From: a virus
Taxonomy: Duplodnaviria > Caudoviricetes
Direction: 5' to 3' (one strand)
Length of the DNA: 33,861 bases
Virus record (IMG/VR): IMGVR_UViG_3300038674_000868
Coordinates: 1 to 33,861 of that record
This document shows, piece by piece, positions 1 to 8,306 of this stretch (the stretch's first letter is position 1; the number at the start of each line of letters is the position of its first letter). Below the pieces are notes generated by a model that made no database searches, was not told the origin of the DNA, and worked only from the letters and a program-made list of their open reading frames with translations. A program made the position numbers and the translations under genes.

Positions 1-201
1 AATCTGTTCTATCTCTTTGGATTGAAGCGGGATGGTGCCATCCCAGTATAATAAGGAATTCGTTGTAAGATAGGTATCCAGGGCATCGGCTGCGGCAGTG
101 TCACTATCGGTTCCGGTGATGACGTATTCGGCCTGGGCAAACCTGTTAGTTCCCCGGCTTATCTTTCGGGCTGACCAGCGTTCTGCTATGGTTACGGCCA
201 T
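1..201 (-). CDS. Tail protein downstream of tape measure (5' part only, runs off window)
   Basis: ATG at 201, 2 nt after the tape measure stop; open to the edge (MAVTIAERWSARKISRGTNRFAQAEYVITGTDSD...); position typical of a distal tail protein. Confidence 0.65.
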   Translation of the reverse strand, partial: MAVTIAERWSARKISRGTNRFAQAEYVITGTDSDTAAADALDTYLTTNSLLYWDGTIPLQSKEIEQI

Positions 202-203
202 AA

Positions 204-2150
204 TTAGTTTCCAAACTCCAGGCCGCCATCGGCCATCTGGTCGGCGATTTCTTCAGTGGCTTCTGCCGTCCGCTGGGTATAGTCGGATATTTTTTGCATC
301 AGTCCGCTGCCAACGCCCATCTGATTGAGTCCAAATGCACTGAAGGTTCCGGTGGTGGATGCTTTATCCAATCCGCTGGGACTCCAGTCCCTGCTGGGGG
401 CCGGTGGCTTTTTAGACCTGGGCTGTGCAGGTTCGTTGGCTTTCCGAATCGATTCATCGAACTGGCGTTTGGTTTTGGCCAGCTCATCCCCGACATTTTT
501 AATATTCTGCCGGGCCAGGTCGTTAGCCCGCTCAATTTCATCCTGCTGCATCTGTTCGGAGGTCTTCATCTGGTCGTCATAGAGTAACCGCGAGTCCCGG
601 CGGCGCCTTGCACGTTCCTGATCAACAGCCAGAAGGTCTTTGTTGGTCTGCTCAGCGCGTTGGTTTTGATCCCTGTCAAACTGGTCATTGGCGTAGGCCC
701 TGGCAAAGTTCTCGTCGAAATTCGGGTCCATGAGCTTTTGCCACCATATCCATACATCCATCATCTTTTTGGCAATCCAATCGATGGTATTGCCCCAGAA
801 CTCTTTGAATCCAATCCAGACAGATTTAAGGAATGCAACGGTCTCAATCCATGCCACTTGAATGCCATACACCGTGGTGTACCAGGCATCCACAATGCCA
901 TAAACTGCAGCAAGCCATACCTCCAGCATCTTTTCCTTGACAGAGTACCAGATTTCCAATAGCCACTGCTTGGCCTTAAGCCACTCTACTTTTACAAACA
1001 GCCATGCGATCCTGGCAGCCAATCCCAAATCCCCTTTGGCCAGCGCCTTGGATATGCCATTAAAGGCATTGATTGCATCGTCTTTAAGTGACGCAAAGCA
1101 CTTACCCAGCCAGGCCATCAACTGGCCGCCATAGCCGCTAAAATACAAAAATGCCGCCACGGCCGCAGTGACAGCGGCAATGACCATCCCAATCGGAGAC
1201 ACCAGCCACAGCAAGGCAGAACGAACGACAGCAAATCCAGCGTGTACCAACCCAACGACCTTGCTAATCCATATCAGGCCGCTTCCGAAGGCATACAAGG
1301 CACCTCCGGCAGTGGTCAGGGCAATGCCAAACCAAAAGACCATACTGACCACACCCCGGTTTTCCTTAACCCACCGGGTGGCAGCGCCGACGCATTCAAC
1401 CATTTTTTCGGCCCATTGGCGCAGCATTGGAATCAGAGCCGAACCGATGGATTGAATCAGGCCGTTTTTAACGACCCACCAGAGCTTTTTGACTTCCTTA
1501 TAAAATCCCGCGGCGGCCTGGATATCTTCACTGGAGACGGTGGCTCCCAAGCGTTTCAGTTCGGCTTGGTAGGCACGAATGGCACCGCTCCCTTGGCTTA
1601 ACAACGGCAGCAGCATTGCCCCTGAGCGTCCGAAGACTTTCAATGCCAGTGCGGCCCGCAATGTCGGGTCTTTAATCGAGGCAATGCGGTCTGCTATCAA
1701 CAGGAACTGTTGGTCCGGGGTTTTACCGGCCAAATCTTTGGCCGATAATCCCAGCCTGCCAAATGCCTCCACCGCGGATTTGCTGCCTTTTTGGACGGCA
1801 AATAAATTTTTGTGCATAAAGATCATGGATTTAACAAGGCCCTGCATACTCACACCGTTTTGGTCGGCAGCATAGCTCAAGGCATAGAGACTCTCAGCCG
1901 CGATGCCGGTGACAATAGACATCTCTTCCAGTTCGTGCAGGAAATCTGCGGTCTTGGTCGCTATGGTTATCAGGGGTGCGACAATCGCCGTACCCAGGCC
2001 CATCATCTTTTTGCCGAAGCTGGAGATGCTTTGGCCCCATTTTTTAATGCTTTGCTCGGCGGCTTTAAGGCCGCACATCAGGGCGCTTTTGTCGGCAAAT
2101 ATCTCGACAAATGCAGCACCTGCTCGTATGGCACCAGAATTACCCGCCAT
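204..2150 (-). CDS. Tail tape measure protein (648 aa)
   Basis: N-terminal IRAGAAFVEIFAD, Ala-rich helical core, central hydrophobic segments, Trp-periodic region; follows the tail chaperones. Confidence 0.92.
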   Translation of the reverse strand: MAGNSGAIRAGAAFVEIFADKSALMCGLKAAEQSIKKWGQSISSFGKKMMGLGTAIVAPLITIATKTADFLHELEEMSIVTGIAAESLYALSYAADQNGVSMQGLVKSMIFMHKNLFAVQKGSKSAVEAFGRLGLSAKDLAGKTPDQQFLLIADRIASIKDPTLRAALALKVFGRSGAMLLPLLSQGSGAIRAYQAELKRLGATVSSEDIQAAAGFYKEVKKLWWVVKNGLIQSIGSALIPMLRQWAEKMVECVGAATRWVKENRGVVSMVFWFGIALTTAGGALYAFGSGLIWISKVVGLVHAGFAVVRSALLWLVSPIGMVIAAVTAAVAAFLYFSGYGGQLMAWLGKCFASLKDDAINAFNGISKALAKGDLGLAARIAWLFVKVEWLKAKQWLLEIWYSVKEKMLEVWLAAVYGIVDAWYTTVYGIQVAWIETVAFLKSVWIGFKEFWGNTIDWIAKKMMDVWIWWQKLMDPNFDENFARAYANDQFDRDQNQRAEQTNKDLLAVDQERARRRRDSRLLYDDQMKTSEQMQQDEIERANDLARQNIKNVGDELAKTKRQFDESIRKANEPAQPRSKKPPAPSRDWSPSGLDKASTTGTFSAFGLNQMGVGSGLMQKISDYTQRTAEATEEIADQMADGGLEFGN

Positions 2151-2184
2151 GGTTTATCCTTATAATAGTGACAATCTAAATTTT

Positions 2185-2238
2185 CCGTTCGTCGCGGCTA
2201 CATAAGGTAACGTTACCCTACGGATTCTCGCGGCATAA
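2185..2238 (-). repeat. Late-operon junction element, copy A
   Basis: 40/54 identical without gaps to 11986-12039, including a perfect CCGTTCGTCGCGGCTA. Confidence 0.85.
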
Positions 2239-2245
2239 AAGCAGG

Positions 2246-2527
2246 CTATGCCTGCCCGGTGACAGCGGCCTTAAATAACGCCTTGGATTGGTCATCTTTG
2301 ACTTCAATGACGTCTTCACGCCGTTTGGTTTTGGTTTCGTTTTGGGCATAGGGATTAAAATCTGTTGGTATCGATACCTTGCCGCGCTTGGGGTCACGGT
2401 TAATATTGCACAGTAGTGACATCAATGCCGAGATTCGATTCCATTCCATCCGGTCACGATATTCGATGGCCTGACTCATCCACCACAGTTCACGCAAGGT
2501 CAGCGGCGCGGGGTCAACGCCGATCAA
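2246..2527 (-). CDS. Tail assembly chaperone, gpT-like C-terminal part (probably reached by -1 frameshift)
   Basis: Lies between chaperone and tape measure; frame is -1 to the upstream gene and open back to 2698; no clear RBS before the TTG at 2527. Confidence 0.8.
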   Translation of the reverse strand: MIGVDPAPLTLRELWWMSQAIEYRDRMEWNRISALMSLLCNINRDPKRGKVSIPTDFNPYAQNETKTKRREDVIEVKDDQSKALFKAAVTGQA

Positions 2528-2532
2528 TCCCG

Positions 2533-2979
2533 CTAAGAGGTAGACACTTGGCCAAATATCTCGGCGGTTTTCTGGACCGGATCGATTTTGGCCAGATTGT
2601 TCGTGATTCGCTCGATGGCCAGATTGATCATCTTCTGCTGTGTCTGTGCCGCCTTGGCCCGGTCGGTCCGACCCCGCTTCTGGAAAAAATCCACAAGCTC
2701 ATCATAGAAGGCATTCTGTGCCGCTAAGATTACATCGCCGCCTAAGGCTTGGCCGAACATCTCGTCGGTAACCCCCAGTGCATCGGCCTGCGGTTTAATC
2801 AGGCAGTACAGCACATCACAGAGCAGGATTTCATCGGTCCCAAGCCGTGTCAGTAACGGCGGCTCCCCTGCTTCCGGTTCCAGGAGATTAATCCCCAAAA
2901 GACTTTTCACCCGCTTGGCGCTGTCAATCGTTAAGACAAGCGTCCAGACTTTTCCGGCATTATCGGTAAATGTTTTCAT
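2533..2979 (-). CDS. Tail assembly chaperone (gpG-like, 148 aa)
   Basis: Directly after the tail tube gene; AGGAG RBS; contains a T TTT TTC slippery site. Confidence 0.8.
   Translation of the reverse strand: MKTFTDNAGKVWTLVLTIDSAKRVKSLLGINLLEPEAGEPPLLTRLGTDEILLCDVLYCLIKPQADALGVTDEMFGQALGGDVILAAQNAFYDELVDFFQKRGRTDRAKAAQTQQKMINLAIERITNNLAKIDPVQKTAEIFGQVSTS
2683..2689 (-). other. Programmed -1 ribosomal frameshift heptamer T TTT TTC
   Basis: X XXY YYZ in the correct phase (GAT TTT TTC); the -1 frame opens three codons earlier, after TGA TGA at 2704-2699, and runs to 2246. Confidence 0.75.
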
Positions 2980-2991
2980 CGGTTCTCCTTG

Positions 2992-3426
2992 TTAAGCGAC
3001 ATCAATCCAGGCGATGAATTTTGACAGTTTTGCCGTCACATCATAAGTGATGGCCTCTTCCAGTCCTTCCTTGCGGTCAAACTTCGTGATGGCAAAGTTG
3101 CCGTGGATACCGGATGAACCGGAGGTGGCCTTTTCACCGGTCAGTGCCGCAAGACAGAGTGTACCGCTGGTTAAGGCGGCATTTTTAATTGCCGTGAAAA
3201 AGGCATCCCCGGTCTTGTGGATCATCTGGAAAGAGACTTCACACTCCCGCAATGTAGGAGCGGTTGCCTTCCAGCCGTTATTGGCCCGGGTGGAGACATC
3301 GGCTTCCCCGGCCAAGACCGAGACGGTGACTTCCTTGACATTGGATGCCTCGGTCATTGCAGACACTGCGGCATCATTGATGCCGTAATACATCTTGGCG
3401 TTAATACCGAGTACAAAATCGGCCAT
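2992..3426 (-). CDS. Major tail tube protein (144 aa)
   Basis: Size, beta-rich pattern (EADVSTR..GW, EEAITYDVT), AGGAG RBS, position before the chaperones. Confidence 0.8.
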   Translation of the reverse strand: MADFVLGINAKMYYGINDAAVSAMTEASNVKEVTVSVLAGEADVSTRANNGWKATAPTLRECEVSFQMIHKTGDAFFTAIKNAALTSGTLCLAALTGEKATSGSSGIHGNFAITKFDRKEGLEEAITYDVTAKLSKFIAWIDVA

Positions 3427-3444
3427 AATGGATTCTCCTAAATA

Positions 3445-3891
3445 TTATTTTTTGACACTATCTCGCCAGATTTCAGCGATCTTGTTTTGACTTTTATCCA
3501 TCGCCGGACGCATATAGGGCCGCGGCCGGATGGAGACTTTCTTGTGGTTGACATTCGTCCGGCCGCCATATTCGAGGTTATGCGGGGCATTCTTGCCCTT
3601 GGCATTCAGTAACGCCGGACCTACGACGACCGATTGTGCCTGCGGGTCAAACGCATAATAAATATGCTGTTTCAAGAGCCCGGTGTGACTCAAGGGCGGT
3701 TTTCCTACCGTACTGACGGCATGACGGGCACTGGCCTTCTTGATGGAGTTTTTGGCCACACGCCTGATATAACCGCCGATATAGTTGAGGTTTTTCAGGA
3801 TGGCCTTATCCACACAGCGCATCACCATCTCTCGGTCAAAAAATAACGCCTTGACCTTGACTAAGGATTGGTTCAGTCCGGCACCGTTCAT
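3445..3891 (-). CDS. Neck/tail-completion protein, HK97 gp10-like
   Basis: Basic protein with TG.L, LEYGG and RPRPYMRPA motifs typical of this family. Confidence 0.8.
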   Translation of the reverse strand: MNGAGLNQSLVKVKALFFDREMVMRCVDKAILKNLNYIGGYIRRVAKNSIKKASARHAVSTVGKPPLSHTGLLKQHIYYAFDPQAQSVVVGPALLNAKGKNAPHNLEYGGRTNVNHKKVSIRPRPYMRPAMDKSQNKIAEIWRDSVKK

Positions 3892-4391
3892 GCGAAATAC
3901 CCCATAAAGATGTCAGCCCGTTGTACATTGGTCATTGCTGTAATCTCGACAGCAATCCAGTCATAGTCCAGGCCATCCAGACTGACGACACAAAGCATGT
4001 TGTTGCCGCTGTTGGGTGTTTTGATATCAGTCGGCCAATAGGATGTCACGACCGCCGTGTCAGCATAGCGTTCAAGTGCTGTCGGCTGTTGGGTCTGCGG
4101 GTCTTGATTGACTGCCATCGAACCTAAGGTCCAGGTAATAATGGTCGCAAGGCGGGCCGGACCACCGTCGCGTTTACCCATCCAGACCTTGGTCTGTACA
4201 GTTCCCTCTTCATCCCCGACGCCAGCCAGGATAAGTTCGATTCCTTTAATCGTGTCAGCGCCAATAGGTTGTGCGTAGGATGGCTTACTATCCATCGTCG
4301 CTGCGTTGATAGCGGGACTGTCAACTGCCGCAGCCTGCCTGAGTAATTGCCATCCGGAATGGTGTGCTTGAGTCATAATTTCTCCTCTCAT
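3888..4391 (-). CDS. Hypothetical virion-associated beta-rich protein
   Basis: Overlaps both neighbours by 4 nt; the real start may be the second Met (4376). Confidence 0.7.
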   Translation of the reverse strand: MRGEIMTQAHHSGWQLLRQAAAVDSPAINAATMDSKPSYAQPIGADTIKGIELILAGVGDEEGTVQTKVWMGKRDGGPARLATIITWTLGSMAVNQDPQTQQPTALERYADTAVVTSYWPTDIKTPNSGNNMLCVVSLDGLDYDWIAVEITAMTNVQRADIFMGYFA

Positions 4392-5560
4392 ACAAATCGT
4401 CCTGTTCGCCGAAATGCACTGGCCGGCGGCAATGTTCCGACAACCTCACCGTGGACCAAGCCTTTTTTAACGTCATCAGGGGGTAGCTGCAAGGGCAGAT
4501 TGACGGGGTTGCCGCTCCAATCGTAGACACGGTGAATCGATGCTGTGCTGGGTAGATTGAGTCTTACGCCGCCGCAATAAGCAGATGCAGAGAGCGAATC
4601 ATAAATACAGCCTTGGATGTATATAATGGCCGCCCCCAGACTGTTGGAAGAGACGCCGCTACAGACCGACGAGGCAATGACATTTCCATAAACATAAGAA
4701 GGACGAGAATTCATCGTTGTGGCAAATCCGTATGCGCCGCAATTACCGCCGCCGGTGACATTGCCGTAAATCGTGGCGGATACATACTGACTGATACTGA
4801 CCATGGCATAAGAACAGGATGCCCACGAGCCGCCAGTGACATTGCCATTAATGGTCAACGTGGCGCCCATACCTGACACGGAATTGTGCGAGATACCGCA
4901 ACCGCTGGTGCCGTAGACATTGCCGTTGACGATAATGGTGGCCAGTGAATTGGTTGTATAAAGACAATACGTTGTGCCATAGGCGTTGATGTTGCCGTTA
5001 ATGGTGATGGTTCCGCCGCCGCCATTGTCGTTGATCGCTTTACCGCTTTGCGGCGTATATAAGGCATCTGCACCGGGGTTGGAGACCACCAGTGTACCGC
5101 TGCCGGTCCTGGATATGCCATGAGTTGTTGGAGCAGAGCCGCCAGTAATGCGACCATTTACGGTCAATGAAGTGCTGTCACCGGATAAGGTCAGGCCGTG
5201 ATAGGAATTACCGGCCGTCACATCTCCATTAATCACTACCGTTCCACCGCTAATCGTCAAAGGACACGAACTGCCTGCCCTAATTTCAGTTTTAGTCTGG
5301 CTGGTTCCGATAGTGATAGTACCACTACTGATGACAAGATTACCACTGGCAGTGCCCAGGCCGCCTTCCTGTGCCGAGGACACCCGTGTACAGGCAAAGG
5401 ACACATTGATATTGATTGCTGTCTTGCCGTTGAGTTGCAAAATATCCCCAGCGGCCAGGTTGTCAAAGGTCAGATAGGACGATGGCGATGTAGGAGCATC
5501 ACCCCATTTGCTGGCATCATTGATATTGCCGTTGGAGGATTGTGCAAACCAAACCGTCAT
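4388..5560 (-). CDS. Gly/Ser/Thr/Asn-rich repeat protein, predicted beta-helix fibre/spike (390 aa)
   Basis: About eight repeats of the type (I/V)NG(N/D)V(T/Y)GG spaced roughly 24-30 aa. Confidence 0.7.
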   Translation of the reverse strand: MTVWFAQSSNGNINDASKWGDAPTSPSSYLTFDNLAAGDILQLNGKTAININVSFACTRVSSAQEGGLGTASGNLVISSGTITIGTSQTKTEIRAGSSCPLTISGGTVVINGDVTAGNSYHGLTLSGDSTSLTVNGRITGGSAPTTHGISRTGSGTLVVSNPGADALYTPQSGKAINDNGGGGTITINGNINAYGTTYCLYTTNSLATIIVNGNVYGTSGCGISHNSVSGMGATLTINGNVTGGSWASCSYAMVSISQYVSATIYGNVTGGGNCGAYGFATTMNSRPSYVYGNVIASSVCSGVSSNSLGAAIIYIQGCIYDSLSASAYCGGVRLNLPSTASIHRVYDWSGNPVNLPLQLPPDDVKKGLVHGEVVGTLPPASAFRRTGRFV

Positions 5561-5863
5561 CTATAAGACCTTCCGGGTGGCGTTGACTTGACCAATCATC
5601 TCAACGATAGCCCCATAGATGTCCTGAATCCGCTTTGCCTGGCTGGATAGGTCGTCGGGAAGATTCAGGATGTCGTTAATCACCACCGTCTCCGAGCGGC
5701 CGGGGGCGATTTCCCAAACGCCTTTTTCACTGACTCGGGCCGTCTGCAGGGTGATGTGGGCCGAGGTCATCAGTTGCCCATTGACGATGGCCGACTGTAA
5801 CAGTATTTGCGGGGCATAAATGGCATTGGGTGCGGCATAGGATTTTTCTAAAGGTATTGGCAT
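5561..5863 (-). CDS. Hypothetical protein (100 aa)
   Basis: AGGAG RBS; abuts the next gene within the structural operon. Confidence 0.75.
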   Translation of the reverse strand: MPIPLEKSYAAPNAIYAPQILLQSAIVNGQLMTSAHITLQTARVSEKGVWEIAPGRSETVVINDILNLPDDLSSQAKRIQDIYGAIVEMIGQVNATRKVL

Positions 5864-5872
5864 AAGGTTCTC

Positions 5873-7102
5873 CTATTCAAAGACCTTAAAGTTTAACGTG
5901 ACAACGGTTGTAAAAACCGATGGCGGCGCAATATGTTCCGCTTGATACAGCGGATCGATGGCCTGCTTGGAACAAACAGCATCCAGGGATGGATAGGTTT
6001 TCCCCCTGAAAGATTTAGAGATATTCAATGCCAGATTCATCAAGGCATGGATGTCCTGATGATTGACATGGGCCACCGCTTTCTGGATGGCGATGTCAAT
6101 TTGATACAGACATTCATTAGAGGCCCGAGTGATATTGGATATATCCAACGACCGAGGGACAACCGAGACCTTCAATATCGTCAACTCTTTGACATCATAA
6201 TACGGCAATGTGGTCCGAATGGCCGTAAACGGCAGGTTCCAATCGCCGGTATTAAGCGTTTCCACAACCGCATCGGCCAGTAAAAGAGCCGTGACACCCT
6301 GTGAGATAGACAGCGGAATGCCGCCCGAGACCAGCGTTATGGCGGAACTTTTGGTTCCATTGAGCTCAAAGCCATTGGCTTTTATCCCTTGAATTGTGTC
6401 GCCTTCAAATACGTCGAAATCCATCCGCCAGCTTGGGATTGGAAGGCCATAGAACAACCCGCTTCCGGTAATTCCAACTCCATGATTCCATAACACAGAG
6501 ACCTCTTGGGCCGTCAATGCCGAGCGATAGAATCTTACATCATCCAACCCGTAGTCGAAGCCGCTTAATCCAATCTCAAGATTCCTGTTAGTGGAGATGC
6601 TTTCCTGTAATGACGGGGCGATAATAGATTGCGATTGCAGGACAGAATCCACATAGGTCACAATCCTGCCGCTTCCATCGTCTTTCCTGTCAACGACCCA
6701 TACAATGTGATGGAACTTATTGTCTGGCACAATCGGGTCAGTTAGCACGGTATAATCAGCACCAACAACCAGTAAAAAACAACTTATTTTTATCGCATTG
6801 CCGTCACGGATTGCCTGGATGAAGTATTCGTTATAAGGATTAAACGGCATTCTCCTGATAATAACGTTATCGCCGTAAGAGCCGTAATTTTCAATCGCGC
6901 TGCCCGGATTAAACCAAAAGCTAAAACTAAAACTTTGATAACCAATATCTATGGCCGGATTATCTGAAACAACAATAGGACTATTGGTTGAATGGAAAAT
7001 TTTTGCGAAATACCGACTCATGACATGCCTTTCTTTGGGGTACGCCCCAAAACCAATGGCCGGAAGTAACAGGATAATTCCAAACAATAGTGTCTTATTC
7101 AT
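5873..7102 (-). CDS. Signal peptide + LamG-like domain + tail-terminator-like domain (409 aa)
   Basis: Start reassigned to ATG 7102 (GGAGG RBS); LamG motifs FSFSFWF, FHHIVWV, YVDSV, LDDVRFYRSALT; C-terminal ~140 aa resemble the tail terminator expected at this position. Confidence 0.75.
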   Translation of the reverse strand: MNKTLLFGIILLLPAIGFGAYPKERHVMSRYFAKIFHSTNSPIVVSDNPAIDIGYQSFSFSFWFNPGSAIENYGSYGDNVIIRRMPFNPYNEYFIQAIRDGNAIKISCFLLVVGADYTVLTDPIVPDNKFHHIVWVVDRKDDGSGRIVTYVDSVLQSQSIIAPSLQESISTNRNLEIGLSGFDYGLDDVRFYRSALTAQEVSVLWNHGVGITGSGLFYGLPIPSWRMDFDVFEGDTIQGIKANGFELNGTKSSAITLVSGGIPLSISQGVTALLLADAVVETLNTGDWNLPFTAIRTTLPYYDVKELTILKVSVVPRSLDISNITRASNECLYQIDIAIQKAVAHVNHQDIHALMNLALNISKSFRGKTYPSLDAVCSKQAIDPLYQAEHIAPPSVFTTVVTLNFKVFE

Positions 7103-7448
7103 GGTTTTCCTCCGAAGGGGTCTTGGCAATACTGTCGGGGTTTTCGGTCTTAAAGGCGCCTGCCTCCAACAGACACGGCCGCTCCCGGCAGACCGAACAG
7201 AAGGTATGGATGGCCGCAATCAGCCGCTCTTCTTGGCGGGTCTTGTCCTGCATCAATCGATTCAGTGAGGCCATCAGGCAATAATTGCTGTAGACCAGAT
7301 AGGCCACCAGGGCAAAGCACAGTCCCAACTCGCCATATTTTAAGAGTTGGCCCGCTAATCCGCCTACCGACTCGATGGGGGTTTGGGTATCCGTAGCCAG
7401 CAGCAAGAATGGAATGGCCGTTAAAATTAATTTTGGAGTTATGGTCAT
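7095..7448 (-). CDS. Small membrane protein, holin-like
   Basis: Hydrophobic N-terminus, TM segment LGLCFALVAYLVY, then a charged helical tail. Confidence 0.55.
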   Translation of the reverse strand: MTITPKLILTAIPFLLLATDTQTPIESVGGLAGQLLKYGELGLCFALVAYLVYSNYCLMASLNRLMQDKTRQEERLIAAIHTFCSVCRERPCLLEAGAFKTENPDSIAKTPSEENHE

Positions 7449-7813
7449 ACTGTTCCTACCTCTTTAACATGAACTCGTATTTGCTTACCGAAGGGGTCGC
7501 TGTATTTCCAGCAGCCCTCATTAGCGATATGGTGCACTTCATAAACTGTCCGACCGGTGGTAATCCGGTCCCCGGCCAGCGGAGTAACAATCTGCTGGCC
7601 AAGTACCAAATCCTGGGAACAGAAAATAAAGTCGATGGTTTCTGCTCCCACCGCAAACCCCGACTCATCCTGAAGTTCCAGCACCGTCTTTCCAAGGACC
7701 GCAGCGAGTGTGACGGTATTGTTCCCACGGCTGTAGGTCACCAGCTCCGAGGCATGGGCCTTGAGCTGTTGGGCCAGATAATCTAATCCAGTGTTGAGCA
7801 TATTGGTCATCAT
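7445..7813 (-). CDS. Head closure / head-tail joining protein (gpFII-like)
   Basis: ~120 aa beta-rich protein with P.AGDRI....VYEV motif, downstream of the capsid genes. Confidence 0.75.
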   Translation of the reverse strand: MMTNMLNTGLDYLAQQLKAHASELVTYSRGNNTVTLAAVLGKTVLELQDESGFAVGAETIDFIFCSQDLVLGQQIVTPLAGDRITTGRTVYEVHHIANEGCWKYSDPFGKQIRVHVKEVGTV

Positions 7814-7835
7814 GGTTACTGCTTTCAGTTAAAAA

Positions 7836-7892
7836 CGGTTCACCGCGGACAAATGCTTTGGAAGTTATCACTAAAACTATCCTCGCGTGCAT
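7836..7892 (-). repeat. Late-operon junction element, degenerate copy C
   Basis: CGGTTCACCGCGG ... TCCTCGCGTGCAT matches both conserved boxes of copies A/B, with a 4-nt longer spacer. Confidence 0.55.
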
Positions 7893-7911
7893 TTATGACC
7901 CTGGAGGGTCT

Positions 7912-8268
7912 TTACGGTACGTTGATAGCGACCTTGACCCTGGTATTACCGTCGGTCGAAGGCGCCACGGTCCTGCCCAGCGGTGTTTCGGTATTGGTCG
8001 TCGTCACCAATCCAGCCGCCGACAGATAGACCTTCGTACCCACGGTGGCCAGGGCTGTCGCCGTCGGGAACTCAAAGACCCCCTTAATCGCAAGAGCGCC
8101 CAGGGTATTGGCCGGGATGTCGGTCTTGGCAATACCGATAAATGAGGCGGCATTGCCCGCTACATTGCCCAGAGACACAATATCCCCGGCAGAAACCGCA
8201 CCCGACGGCGTATAGTCGATGCTGTTGCCATCCTGGATAAACTGAGTTTTGACATCATTAATCGCCAT
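7912..8268 (-). CDS. Capsid decoration/cement protein (DUF2190-like)
   Basis: FIQDGNSIDYT, GIAKTDI.A...GALAIKGVFEF, G.KVY motifs; directly after the capsid gene. Confidence 0.88.
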   Translation of the reverse strand: MAINDVKTQFIQDGNSIDYTPSGAVSAGDIVSLGNVAGNAASFIGIAKTDIPANTLGALAIKGVFEFPTATALATVGTKVYLSAAGLVTTTNTETPLGRTVAPSTDGNTRVKVAINVP

Positions 8269-8306
8269 ATCTTATTCTCCAAACAGAGTTTCTTTTTTGT
8301 AATCGC

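Noticed and set aside
4388-7102. Diversity-generating retroelement target
   Set aside because: No reverse transcriptase and no template/variable repeat pair seen in the window
7103-7219. N-terminal 39 aa of the listed 448-aa ORF
   Set aside because: Overlaps the holin-like gene; the RBS and signal peptide point to ATG 7102
7836-7892. HDV-like ribozyme or known riboswitch (TCCTCGC resembles the HDV L3 loop)
   Set aside because: Flanking P1-P3 pairings could not be built, and the motif is on the non-transcribed strand
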